This document shows, piece after piece, positions 31,409 to 40,097 of a DNA stretch of 64,000 nt; position 1 is the first letter of the stretch; each line of letters opens with the position of its first letter. The translations under genes and the position numbers were made by a program. The stretch spans positions 326,440-390,439 of the forward strand of contig NZ_CP011388.1 in the NCBI RefSeq assembly GCF_001644605.1, given 5' to 3'. The notes under the pieces were generated by a model, which did no database searches, was not told where the DNA came from, and was given only the letters and a program-made list of their open reading frames with translations. The stretch is from Paenibacillus swuensis (GTDB taxonomy: Bacteria > Bacillota > Bacilli > Paenibacillales > DY6).

Positions 31409-31437
31409 GACCGCCGTTTCTTCAAGAAATGGCGGTC
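31409..31437. terminator. Bidirectional rho-independent terminator between convergent genes
   Basis: GACCGCCGTTTCTT-CA-AGAAATGGCGGTC hairpin flanked by AAAA and T-rich sequence. Lies between the NlpC/P60 gene (+) and the SPFH gene (-). Confidence 0.6.
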
Positions 31438-31450
31438 AATCAAATTAAAA

Positions 31451-32551
31451 CTATTTCTTCCCAAACAGCGCGTTCATCTGCTCCAACATGTTCCCGCCGC
31501 CCGTCAGCGAGATATGCCCGATCTTCTCACAGATCTTCTCCACAAACTCCAGCTCCTTGAGCCGATACAGCGTCTGGTTCTCGTCCATCAGCTTCGCGGT
31601 GTTGAGCAGGCTGCGGGTCGAGGCCGTTTCTTCCCGGCGGGTGATGAGGTTGGCTTGGGCCTTCTTCTCCGCGTAGAGTACGGTATTCAAGATGTCCTTG
31701 ATTTCCCCAGGGAGTATAATATCCTTCACCCCAGCCGAAACGAACTCCACCCCATACCCCGCCTGCTTCTCCGCCAACCGCGACATGACAAAAGCCGCAA
31801 TCTCCTCCTTCACCCGCAGCAATTCATCCAACTTCATCGTCCCCACATACTCGCGCAAAATCAACTGCAACAACACATACAACTGATCCTCCATCGAGCG
31901 AATCTGCAACACCTTCAGTGCATCCGTCACACGGTATTGGCAGACGAAGTTTAGGCGAAGCGTGATTTTGTCCTCCGTCATCATCTCCTGCCCCAACAGA
32001 TCCAATTGCTGCTGCCGCAAATCCGTCGTCCTCACCTCCACCTTCACCGGTCCGCGCCAGAACACATACTTCCCCGGCCCCAATTCCCGCTGCAACACAT
32101 GGTTGTAATACAATAGCCCCGTCTCGTGCGCCTGCACCTCTAGCCCCTGCACATACCCGGCCAACTTCGGCACAATCGCCGCATCCACCTCATCGGACAA
32201 CATCGGATCACCCAGATCCACACGCACGAATCGATTCGCCCGCATCACGTTCCAGAACGCATACTGCCCCGAGGTCAACACGCCCGCGAACTTCCCGTCT
32301 TCATACCGCAGCACCAGCTCCGAGTCCGCCACATCCACCACGTCCACATCCTGCAACAACGCCGCATCCCCGAGAAACCCCTTCAGAGCCTTCCCTTCGA
32401 CAGCCAAAGGCTTCGCCGCATCCACCACCGCAACCGTCTGCCCCAGAACCGACCACACCGTGTACGTCTCCGGCAACAGATAGCGCGCATAACTCCCTTT
32501 ATGGAACAAAAGACCGCGTTGGTCCTCTTGAATCGTCACTTTATTAAACAT
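31451..32551 (-). CDS. SPFH/band-7 (slipin-like) domain protein
   Basis: ORF 31451..32572. Preferred start is ATG 32551 (MFNKVTIQ…) with GGGAGGAAG upstream. Central SPFH-like segment (…TEDKITLRLNFVCQYRVTDALKV…) and coiled-coil C-terminus. Confidence 0.7.
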   Translation of the reverse strand: MFNKVTIQEDQRGLLFHKGSYARYLLPETYTVWSVLGQTVAVVDAAKPLAVEGKALKGFLGDAALLQDVDVVDVADSELVLRYEDGKFAGVLTSGQYAFWNVMRANRFVRVDLGDPMLSDEVDAAIVPKLAGYVQGLEVQAHETGLLYYNHVLQRELGPGKYVFWRGPVKVEVRTTDLRQQQLDLLGQEMMTEDKITLRLNFVCQYRVTDALKVLQIRSMEDQLYVLLQLILREYVGTMKLDELLRVKEEIAAFVMSRLAEKQAGYGVEFVSAGVKDIILPGEIKDILNTVLYAEKKAQANLITRREETASTRSLLNTAKLMDENQTLYRLKELEFVEKICEKIGHISLTGGGNMLEQMNALFGKK

Positions 32552-33105
32552 ATGTACTTCCTCCCAACACATAATGAAGTGTGACCGTACTTGGAAATGC
32601 TCCCGGCGCTAATACGGAGTCGGCTTAAGTGCAGGCGGGGCGCGAGCTTAAGGAACCAAGACGATGGAAGCGAACATCCGGCACAAACGCTGCCTTCATC
32701 CCTGCCAACACTCCAATGTTCTCCAAAATGCTTCGCACACCCTCCCGCGCGGGATCCGCCTTCTGCTAAGTTCAGCCCCGGTTGCCTCACCCGCAGGTGT
32801 GGCTGAGCATTCCCTTCCGGGTCTTAAATTTTTTAAGTGCCCTTACGGGCTCCAACCATGATCGCTTGAAAGGCGAGCGGGGAATTGAACCCCTTGGGAC
32901 ATGGCCCCTTACCGGTGTACAGTACACCTGCGCCAACCCGGCGCAAGTACTGCGGGAGCATCTGAACTCCCTGCCCAAGGTACAACCGGCAGGTTGCCAT
33001 GTCGGATATCCTGATTATCACCCGAAATCGGGCCCGCGAACATGGCGAAAGTATTACGACACTTCAAGTTTTTCTTTATTCCCACCTGCGAACGGGACTG
33101 CTACA

Positions 33106-34446
33106 ATGGAATGTACATGCAATGAAACGGGGCGAGGGCGCGTGGCCAGAGAGAGTTTTGACAAAGAGATTCAACTGCTGAGAGTGATGTCGCAGACCGG
33201 CGGGGCGTATACCCGGCAACAGTTTGCGAAGCGCATGGGCATCTCCGTACATACCTATGACAAAACCATCCGCCGCCTCAAAGACATCGTCCGCATCGTC
33301 CGGAAACGGGCACCGGGGACTGCCAACGAGGAGTTGGCCGATTCCCTGCGGAACGATTATTACAACTCACCGGATCCGATCTTGTTGATGCTGTTCCGGG
33401 CTAAGTCCGTGAAAGAGTCGGAAAGCCATCGGTTATCCCTCATCGTACAGACGCTGAACGGACAGGCGATGACGACGATGGAGCTGTTGGATGCTTGTTG
33501 CGCGGGCGTGGATGAGGCGTTCCCGATGCCGGACGAGAAGACCATTCGTTCCGACCTCAAGTATCTGGAGGACGTAGGCGTGGTATACCGGGAGCCGGGC
33601 GGGCGTCCCCACCGATATCAGCTGGATCTGCGGCTGCTTGCGGACTTGTCCGAGGAGGAGCGCACGGATCTGTACGACTTCGTGGACGTCATGGCGAACA
33701 CGCAGATTCCTTCGGTTCAAGGGTTTCTCCTGCGGGATAGCTTGAAGCGGACGGTGGGTTCGGAGCCCCCTTTTGCCTATAAGTATCATTATCCCTCCCG
33801 CCTTCTGGACGAAGCGCATCTGTATCGGTTGTTGGCGGCCATTCAGGCGCGTCGCGAGATTCAGTTCGTGTATTACTCCCCCAAGTCCCGCACCAGTTAC
33901 GGTTCCCGCAATACCAATCCCCTCTTCGAAAGCCAGAGCAAAGGCCGCGCGGAACGGGTCCTTCCGATGAAAGTGATCTATGACCATCAGTATGGGCGGT
34001 GGTATGTGGTGGGCATGAATGCGCGGCAGGGGCTGATGATCTTCCGGATGGAAGGGCTCACGGAGTTGGAGGAAGGCGAGGCGGTGGATGAGGACGTTTA
34101 TGGGCAAAAGCTCGCTGTCGTCGAACAAAAACTCCGCCTCAGTTGGATGGTGGATACGACTGCGCCGGTGGTGATTCGTGCGCGGTTCTTTCATCCCGGG
34201 CCGTCGGAGAAGAACTTCGTGAAGGAGCGTGTGCTCATGCAGGGGCAGTGGGGCGTGATCACCGAGGAGGACGAGGCGTCGTTCGTGTATGAGATTACCG
34301 TGAACGGGATGACCGAGATCAAGCCTTGGCTGCGGAGCTTCGGGTCTTCATGTGAGGTGCTGGAACCCGCGAGGCTGCGGCAAGAGTTTATTGCGGAATG
34401 GAAGGAGTTGCAGGGGTATTATGAATCCGTTCGAGAAGATATTTAA
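33106..34446 (+). CDS. WYL-domain transcriptional regulator (HTH + WYL + WCX; BrxR/CapW/PafBC-like)
   Basis: The long ORF 32782..34446 is probably N-extended by a GC-rich leader. Likely start is ATG 33106 or 33187. HTH 'YTRQQFAKRMGISVHTYDKTIRRL'. WYL 'RVLPMKVIYDHQYGRWYVVGMNARQGLMIFRMEGL'. A WCX-like C-terminus follows. Confidence 0.65.
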   Translation: MECTCNETGRGRVARESFDKEIQLLRVMSQTGGAYTRQQFAKRMGISVHTYDKTIRRLKDIVRIVRKRAPGTANEELADSLRNDYYNSPDPILLMLFRAKSVKESESHRLSLIVQTLNGQAMTTMELLDACCAGVDEAFPMPDEKTIRSDLKYLEDVGVVYREPGGRPHRYQLDLRLLADLSEEERTDLYDFVDVMANTQIPSVQGFLLRDSLKRTVGSEPPFAYKYHYPSRLLDEAHLYRLLAAIQARREIQFVYYSPKSRTSYGSRNTNPLFESQSKGRAERVLPMKVIYDHQYGRWYVVGMNARQGLMIFRMEGLTELEEGEAVDEDVYGQKLAVVEQKLRLSWMVDTTAPVVIRARFFHPGPSEKNFVKERVLMQGQWGVITEEDEASFVYEITVNGMTEIKPWLRSFGSSCEVLEPARLRQEFIAEWKELQGYYESVREDI

Positions 34447-35224
34447 CTATCAGATCCTGTCGCGGATGGAGGGATCGGGGGCTGTAACCATCACGTCACA
34501 TGAGCGGACGTGGTTGCGTGCAATGCTTGCGCATCCCGCGGCAATGGATGCATTCGAGGCGTCGACGTTGGCGAAGTTGCGCGAGGTATTGGCGGGCACT
34601 GGAGTATCCGAGGCCGATGAACTGTACCTGGGCCTGCAGGAGAAAGCAGGCTACGTGCAACGCCAAGTGTACCGCCCCTTGTTGCGCGTGCTGCGACGCA
34701 TCATTGTAAGCAAGGATGGTGTGCGGATCTCCTACATCCTCAAGAACGGCACGGTACGTCAAGGTTTGCCCGGGTATCCATGTAAACTCGAATACTCCAT
34801 GGTCAAACGCGAATGGTACCTGCATTGGCTCAACACCCAGAACCACTCCTTCATGTCCACCAAACTGCGCAACATCGTAGATGTGGAATCAGTCGAGGTT
34901 CCGGCAGAACTGGCGGAGAAGTATGAGGAGAAGTTGGGGACCTTGGCGGAGGCTCGCCAGCGATCGGCGGAGATTCAGGTGGTGCCCGAGTATAACGTCG
35001 AGCTGTCTCGTATTCTCTATGCTTTTTCTTGTTTTGACAAGGAAGTGCGATACGACGAGGAACAAGATACCTACACGATCAAGCTGACGTTCTCCAAGGA
35101 TGAAATGGAATTCATCTTGAGCAAGGTCCGCTTTCTAGGCAAGCGGGTGTGCGTGGTCAAAAATAAGGCCATGCAGGTTCGCATGGCCGAGACCGCAGCG
35201 ATGGCGCTGGGGCGTTATGGTTGA
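34421..35224 (+). CDS. Second WYL-like domain protein, tandem partner of the 33106-34446 WYL gene
   Basis: ATG 34421 with AAGGAG 12 nt upstream; overlaps the upstream gene by 26 nt. WYL-like 'CKLEYSMVKREWYLHWLNTQNHSFMSTKLRNIVDVESVEV' with a WCX-like C-terminal region. Confidence 0.55.
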   Translation: MNPFEKIFNYQILSRMEGSGAVTITSHERTWLRAMLAHPAAMDAFEASTLAKLREVLAGTGVSEADELYLGLQEKAGYVQRQVYRPLLRVLRRIIVSKDGVRISYILKNGTVRQGLPGYPCKLEYSMVKREWYLHWLNTQNHSFMSTKLRNIVDVESVEVPAELAEKYEEKLGTLAEARQRSAEIQVVPEYNVELSRILYAFSCFDKEVRYDEEQDTYTIKLTFSKDEMEFILSKVRFLGKRVCVVKNKAMQVRMAETAAMALGRYG

Positions 35225-35348
35225 TCTTATCTGGTAAATCATCGTCATGTTTTAACTTGCTCATCTGTGTAATCATATTTATATTTGTGTTAGCGTGGTT
35301 ACTTATCACGTACAACAACTATCCTTATTAAAGGTTCATTATAATTTT

Positions 35349-35762
35349 TTAGCTTTTACGTTCTTTAATACTCGTTACAATCATATCTACTACACTTTCC
35401 AAATTCCGTTTTACTTCATGTTCCCAGAAGCGCATTACTTTCCACCCCATGTTTGTATAAATTTCATTAATCTGCTGATCACGTCGTCTGTTTCGCTCTA
35501 TCTTAGGTACCCAGTACTCTGGGTTAGTCTTAGGGGCTATATAATGTTCGGGGCAACCGTGAAAAAAGCATGAATCCAAAAAAATTACAATTTTATACTT
35601 TTTAATTGATATGTCAGGCCTACCTGGTAGGCTCTTGCTGTTTTTTCTAAACCTTACACCGTGTCTCCAAAGCGTCTTTGATATGCGTTCTTCTAACTTA
35701 GTTCCCTTAGATCGAATGTTCTGCATATTTTTCCTGCGATGTTCCGGCTTTAGGTTATCCAT
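35349..35762 (-). CDS. vsr: Very-short-patch-repair (Vsr) T:G mismatch endonuclease
   Basis: ORF 35349..35795 (TTG). Preferred start is ATG 35762 (MDNLKPEHRRKNMQNIRSKGTKLE…) with GGGGGA upstream. Vsr signature 'DISIKKYKIVIFLDSCFFHGCPEH…'. Confidence 0.8.
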   Translation of the reverse strand: MDNLKPEHRRKNMQNIRSKGTKLEERISKTLWRHGVRFRKNSKSLPGRPDISIKKYKIVIFLDSCFFHGCPEHYIAPKTNPEYWVPKIERNRRRDQQINEIYTNMGWKVMRFWEHEVKRNLESVVDMIVTSIKERKS

Positions 35763-35805
35763 AAGTTTTTCCCCCATTGGATGACTAAGGTTCAATATAA
35801 AGAAA

Positions 35806-35827
35806 GTCCCTGAACATGTTCAGGGAC
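35806..35827. promoter_or_regulatory. Perfect 10-bp inverted repeat GTCCCTGAAC-AT-GTTCAGGGAC between dcm and vsr
   Basis: Seen directly in sequence. On the transcribed (minus) strand it is followed by TTTCTTTATATT, making it hairpin/terminator-like or an operator. Confidence 0.4.
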
Positions 35828-35843
35828 GCATGACGCATCATAT

Positions 35844-36974
35844 TTATATAAGCACGAGTTCTTCTAATTGAGATTTTCTAAGCATGTCATCTATATTCCA
35901 TTTAGGAGCAACAGAATCATATTCTATACCCGCGAAGGTTCTCATTATTGCCTCAAGGACCATTTTAGCACCCTCTGGTGGAACAGCCATTCCAACTTGT
36001 TGACGTACTTTCTCTTTTGTTCCCTTGAAAAGAAAATTGTCAGGGAATGTTTGAAGTCGTGCACGTTCGCGATTGGTTAGAGCTCTTGGTTCTTCCCAAT
36101 GGTACATAGAAGTGCCCCCACCACCGCTTCCTGTTACGGTATACGATGGAGTACTACGGTCTAATCTGCGGTAGATCTGACTCATTTTGGCACCTTTCAC
36201 TTTCAATCGCATCTCTTCAGGAATTCCTTCGTACCATGCATTCTGTCCTTCAGGGATATGCTTAAGGAACTGTATAACTCTAGCGTTATGAACTGGCATA
36301 TCATGATTAGGTGTATCTTTAAATATAGGGTCATTCATTAACGCTTCAAATGAAGTTTTATATGAAAACTCTCTTCCAGGTCCATGTGTAGGTGCAGGAA
36401 CTTTAAATTCCATGTTTAAGTCTCTGCGTATTCCAACAATTAAGATTCGTTGACGTGATTGCGGAACACCATAATCAGCAAAATTATATAGATGTGGTGT
36501 AAGTCTATAACCGCCAAAATTACCAGCCTCGGACATATCTGTTAGTATTTTTATAAACGCTTTACCTTCGTTTGCACTCTGTAATCCGCCTACATTCTCA
36601 GCAATAAACCACAGAGGATTATGATGGTTCATTACTTGTATTCCGTAAGAATACAGCGGCCCAAAAGTACCATCAAATCCCTTCTTCTCACCAACCTGAC
36701 TAAAGTCGTTGCAAGGAAACCCATATATAAATCCATCTATATTCTCAAGTGTATTAATATTCAAGTTACGCACATCGCCTCGATGAACGGTTTCAGGACG
36801 ATCAGGACATATATTATACGTATATGTATCACAAGCACTCTCGCAATAATCATTCGACCAAGTATGCTCGATAGAAAATTCCTCATTTGTCACTGGATGA
36901 ATAACTTTCACCTGTTTTGCGCCCCAAGCAAATCCTCCAGGACCGTTAAAGAGTTCGCCCTTTTTAAATTTCAT
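35844..36974 (-). CDS. dcm: DNA (cytosine-5)-methyltransferase
   Basis: RBS AAGGAGGA. Motif I 'LFNGPGGFAWG', motif IV 'GFPCNDFS', ENV motif 'FIAENVGGL', and C-terminal TRD/motifs IX-X. Confidence 0.9.
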   Translation of the reverse strand: MKFKKGELFNGPGGFAWGAKQVKVIHPVTNEEFSIEHTWSNDYCESACDTYTYNICPDRPETVHRGDVRNLNINTLENIDGFIYGFPCNDFSQVGEKKGFDGTFGPLYSYGIQVMNHHNPLWFIAENVGGLQSANEGKAFIKILTDMSEAGNFGGYRLTPHLYNFADYGVPQSRQRILIVGIRRDLNMEFKVPAPTHGPGREFSYKTSFEALMNDPIFKDTPNHDMPVHNARVIQFLKHIPEGQNAWYEGIPEEMRLKVKGAKMSQIYRRLDRSTPSYTVTGSGGGGTSMYHWEEPRALTNRERARLQTFPDNFLFKGTKEKVRQQVGMAVPPEGAKMVLEAIMRTFAGIEYDSVAPKWNIDDMLRKSQLEELVLI

Positions 36975-37038
36975 AGTTATTCCTCCTTACTTTAAAGCTA
37001 TTATACCACTTCATCTTCTTCTCTACCAGAACAAAATG

Positions 37039-37071
37039 CGAACAAAACACGAACATAATCCGTGTTTTGTT
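37039..37071. promoter_or_regulatory. Perfect 12-bp inverted repeat GAACAAAACACG-(9 nt)-CGTGTTTTGTTC plus an extra direct GAACAAAA copy, between the DEAD-Z1 gene and dcm
   Basis: Seen directly in sequence. Three copies of the GAACAAAA motif (two direct, one inverted) lie in the 130-bp gap between the ATPase gene and dcm. Could be an internal attenuator/terminator or an operator controlling methylase expression. Confidence 0.4.
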
Positions 37072-37104
37072 CACTTATTAATTATACACTTAATGATCTA
37101 TATA

Positions 37105-39015
37105 TTAATCACCCATATCATCATTAACATCATAGTAAACAATATTACTAGGTAATTTGATATTTGGTACCCACAATTGCTTTCCATCCCATCCTTTGTC
37201 CCCCGTCACTTTATAGACAGTCATTATTACCTTGTCTTGAATAGAGGCACCTATTTTCCAATCATTTGGTGACAGAAGTGCTCCGGTTCCTTTTGCAACA
37301 TTTCTGTTCCTGCGAACAATGAGTATTCCCTGAGATGTAGGCTGTTCTGCCAATATAGAGTTAATAATGGAGGAAAACGCATTTACACGAAAATCTTCTT
37401 CTGAAGTAATGTGATTTAATATTTGAATCATGAGTTTCATGCTTACTTGATAATAATCTACCGTTTCATCGAATCGTGCAAAAAGCTTATCTAGTTCCTC
37501 TATAGTGTTATTATCTGGTGAGAATGGATAGTAATTCGTTCCACCTGAGATAATAGCAACTCTCTTATTATCAAGTACATTCTTTCTTGTAGCGGCTAGG
37601 CCCTCAGGGTAATAAACTTTAATATCACTTAGGCCGCGTTCAACTTGAGATATAAGCGAGTTATTTGTGGAATTTATATCAGAGAATAATTTGTATAAAG
37701 TTTCATCAATAAAAACACTCATTAAACCAGCATCTCGATCATATCCGAACATACGACTATGCTGCCACATGGTATCCGCTTGTGGTTTTTTTGCAGTTCG
37801 TGTATATAGTATTGTTTGTAATCCAGGGAAGGTTACGCCCCTTCCTAGTGTATTGCCGCCTATTAAAATATTTGATCCGATTTCATAATCTCCGCTTGAA
37901 ACATAGGAGGATCCGTTCATTACATGCACTTTTATTTCGTTGTTCTTTAATAGCTCTTTAATCTTAGTGTGTACCTCATCAAAAGATGCACGTCTGTATT
38001 TCTGAGGATGCTTGCTATTGTATACTTTTTGCAATTCTAGAATAAGCTCAGCATTATTAACATTCTCTTTACAATGCCTAAGCTCTTTAAGTACATTATT
38101 CTCATATTCTTTGTGAACAACAGTGCGGACACTTGGATGAATTAAGAAGTTACATACCTTACCCTCAGAGATTAAAATTTGAGCTGAGTTTACTAGATGA
38201 TGAATAATTGCTGACCCTATCGGCTTATCAAGATTGTCAGTGAATTCAATACAGCCTGGAATGCCTTCTTTAGGAAAGAAATAATCACCACCGAAATATC
38301 CTACGCCTGGACGGAAATAGTAGGTAAAATACGGGTGCCATCCTGAAGCCTTTGTTTGTAGGAATATTGATTGAGGTGTCCCTGTAACCTGAAGATATAT
38401 GCTGCTTGCAGCTTTAGTTTTTATTTCATCCAAATATTTATTGATTGAGGATTTCTTATCTTTATTAACCAAAGTATTTAGAGAAGCTGCATCAGCTTCG
38501 TCGTCAATGATAAAAAGTGGATTGCCTTTCATAAATCCAGTTGAAGCCAAGATATTAGTCCACTGCTTCAATGTTCTAGCATTCTTCTTCAGGACAATTA
38601 TTGTAGGCTTCATTAAGGAATTAAGAGAAAATACCTCTGAATCATATTCATCACAGACACAAAACCCTTTTAAGTCTGCCCGAACTCTATCTATGGTCTG
38701 TTGCTGGAGCGCAACATTATCTGTCGTGAGAATAATAAATACAGGAAATCCCAAATCTGATGCAGCGGAGATAATACCAAACATTTGACCTGTCTTTCCT
38801 GATTGGACATTTCCAAATAATAGACCTATTTTGTGATCAGTAAATGAAAAATTCTCCAGGTATGTAGGTGCAACATCATATACGGTTTCTTTTATGGACT
38901 CAGCAAGTAGCAGGTTCCCTCTATGCTGAATAGTCTCCAGATAAGTATCTAAATATTTCAAACTCTTTCCCCCTGAACAGTTTCCGTACTGCTTGGAAGA
39001 AATGAAAGCATCCAA
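37105..39015 (-). CDS. DEAD-Z1 ATPase (H.CglI / N.NgoAVII-like motor subunit of an ATP-dependent type II restriction enzyme)
   Basis: Walker A 'GNVQSGKTGQMFGI' and DEAD box 'FIIDDEADAASLN' followed by a long Z1-like C-terminal region. 58-nt overlap with the upstream PLD nuclease gene. Confidence 0.65.
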   Translation of the reverse strand: MDAFISSKQYGNCSGGKSLKYLDTYLETIQHRGNLLLAESIKETVYDVAPTYLENFSFTDHKIGLLFGNVQSGKTGQMFGIISAASDLGFPVFIILTTDNVALQQQTIDRVRADLKGFCVCDEYDSEVFSLNSLMKPTIIVLKKNARTLKQWTNILASTGFMKGNPLFIIDDEADAASLNTLVNKDKKSSINKYLDEIKTKAASSIYLQVTGTPQSIFLQTKASGWHPYFTYYFRPGVGYFGGDYFFPKEGIPGCIEFTDNLDKPIGSAIIHHLVNSAQILISEGKVCNFLIHPSVRTVVHKEYENNVLKELRHCKENVNNAELILELQKVYNSKHPQKYRRASFDEVHTKIKELLKNNEIKVHVMNGSSYVSSGDYEIGSNILIGGNTLGRGVTFPGLQTILYTRTAKKPQADTMWQHSRMFGYDRDAGLMSVFIDETLYKLFSDINSTNNSLISQVERGLSDIKVYYPEGLAATRKNVLDNKRVAIISGGTNYYPFSPDNNTIEELDKLFARFDETVDYYQVSMKLMIQILNHITSEEDFRVNAFSSIINSILAEQPTSQGILIVRRNRNVAKGTGALLSPNDWKIGASIQDKVIMTVYKVTGDKGWDGKQLWVPNIKLPSNIVYYDVNDDMGD

Positions 39016-40097
39016 ACTTCCATTACCGTACCGTCTTCCATAGTAGTTGTTTCATTTGTCTTTGTTAATGTAATACTCTTTCTACCGTACTTATCTAGTA
39101 GTTCCTCTGTTATTAATCCTTTAAATGTTGAATCAGCAACAACATCATTAACTGGTTCTACAATTCCTGAGGCAACAAGACGCCCTTTAATCCAGCGTCC
39201 CATTATTTTAAGATCATCTTTGGAGTATAAGTTTTTATTGTTATCACCACATGTCCAAACTTTGAATTTCCAACCATCGTCAGTAACCGCCATGATAGGG
39301 GTTTTATACTCTGGATATCCAGGTAACGTACGAATTTCTTTAGCTACCACTACTTCACTTTCCCACCAAACTCTTTTGCGGCCACTAGCATAACATACAT
39401 TTATATTTGAACCTCTCATCTTTAAGTCGGCGTGGTTTGCTGGAACCTTTAAAGGGATTTCAAAAGAGATATTGGAGATATTTCGTTTGTAAGCACCTAC
39501 TTCATCTGAGGTAACTTTTGTCACGAATTCTTGGCCGACCAGTGCATTATTTACTTCCCGCACCAGTGGAATTGTAACTTCTTCAATGTTAGCAGAACAA
39601 TATTGCTCTTTTAATTTATTGATTATCTTTGTTACTTCTTCGATTTCATCTGGGATTTCAGTAACTGTTGATACCTCATATTGCCGTAAGTTCGAGGCCT
39701 CTAGTTTAATTGCACCTAAGTTATTGGATCCAATTATTGCAGCTTTCGGGTGTCCCTCTTTGTAAAAGGTATAAAGTTTACCATGATATTTAAAAGCCTT
39801 CACAATCCTTACTTCACCAACACCTGACTCCATCCATTTTTCATTGAGCGATGTAGCAGCATGATAGGTACCCTCTGGCATACCTTCTAGAAAATACATA
39901 CCAATGTTTAGGCATACATTGCTAATGCCATTATCTTCAACAATACTTTGCAATTCCATTAAAGCTGCTTTTGAAACATAACCAACCGCAATCTCCAATC
40001 TGTCACAGTTGGTTGCTGCTTCTTTAAAATAATCAATAAATGTTTGTTGCCCTTCTTCCATTCGTAGAGGTAAGATGTTTGAGTATAGTAGTCTCAT
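38958..40097 (-). CDS. NgoFVII-family PLD-type restriction endonuclease (R.CglI / R1.NgoAVII / BfiI-like: PLD nuclease + B3-like DNA-binding C-terminal domain)
   Basis: Single HKD-type motif 'FKYHGKLYTFYKEGHPKAAIIGSNNLG'. First gene of the operon; AT-rich promoter region at 40098-40349. Confidence 0.65.
   Translation of the reverse strand: MRLLYSNILPLRMEEGQQTFIDYFKEAATNCDRLEIAVGYVSKAALMELQSIVEDNGISNVCLNIGMYFLEGMPEGTYHAATSLNEKWMESGVGEVRIVKAFKYHGKLYTFYKEGHPKAAIIGSNNLGAIKLEASNLRQYEVSTVTEIPDEIEEVTKIINKLKEQYCSANIEEVTIPLVREVNNALVGQEFVTKVTSDEVGAYKRNISNISFEIPLKVPANHADLKMRGSNINVCYASGRKRVWWESEVVVAKEIRTLPGYPEYKTPIMAVTDDGWKFKVWTCGDNNKNLYSKDDLKIMGRWIKGRLVASGIVEPVNDVVADSTFKGLITEELLDKYGRKSITLTKTNETTTMEDGTVMEVWMLSFLPSSTETVQGERV

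Noticed and set aside
32866-32940. tRNA-like T-arm (GGGGTTCAATTCCCC on the minus strand) suggesting a tRNA or tmRNA gene
   Set aside because: I could not build a full cloverleaf. There is no matching acceptor stem (the GCTCGCC complement is absent upstream), and the D and anticodon arms are not convincing. It is treated only as part of the structured intergenic region.
32782-33105. N-terminal 108 codons of the 554-aa ORF 32782..34446
   Set aside because: This stretch is a GC-rich open frame with no protein-like features. The HTH of the WYL regulator begins just after M at 33106, so the upstream part is most likely noncoding leader.
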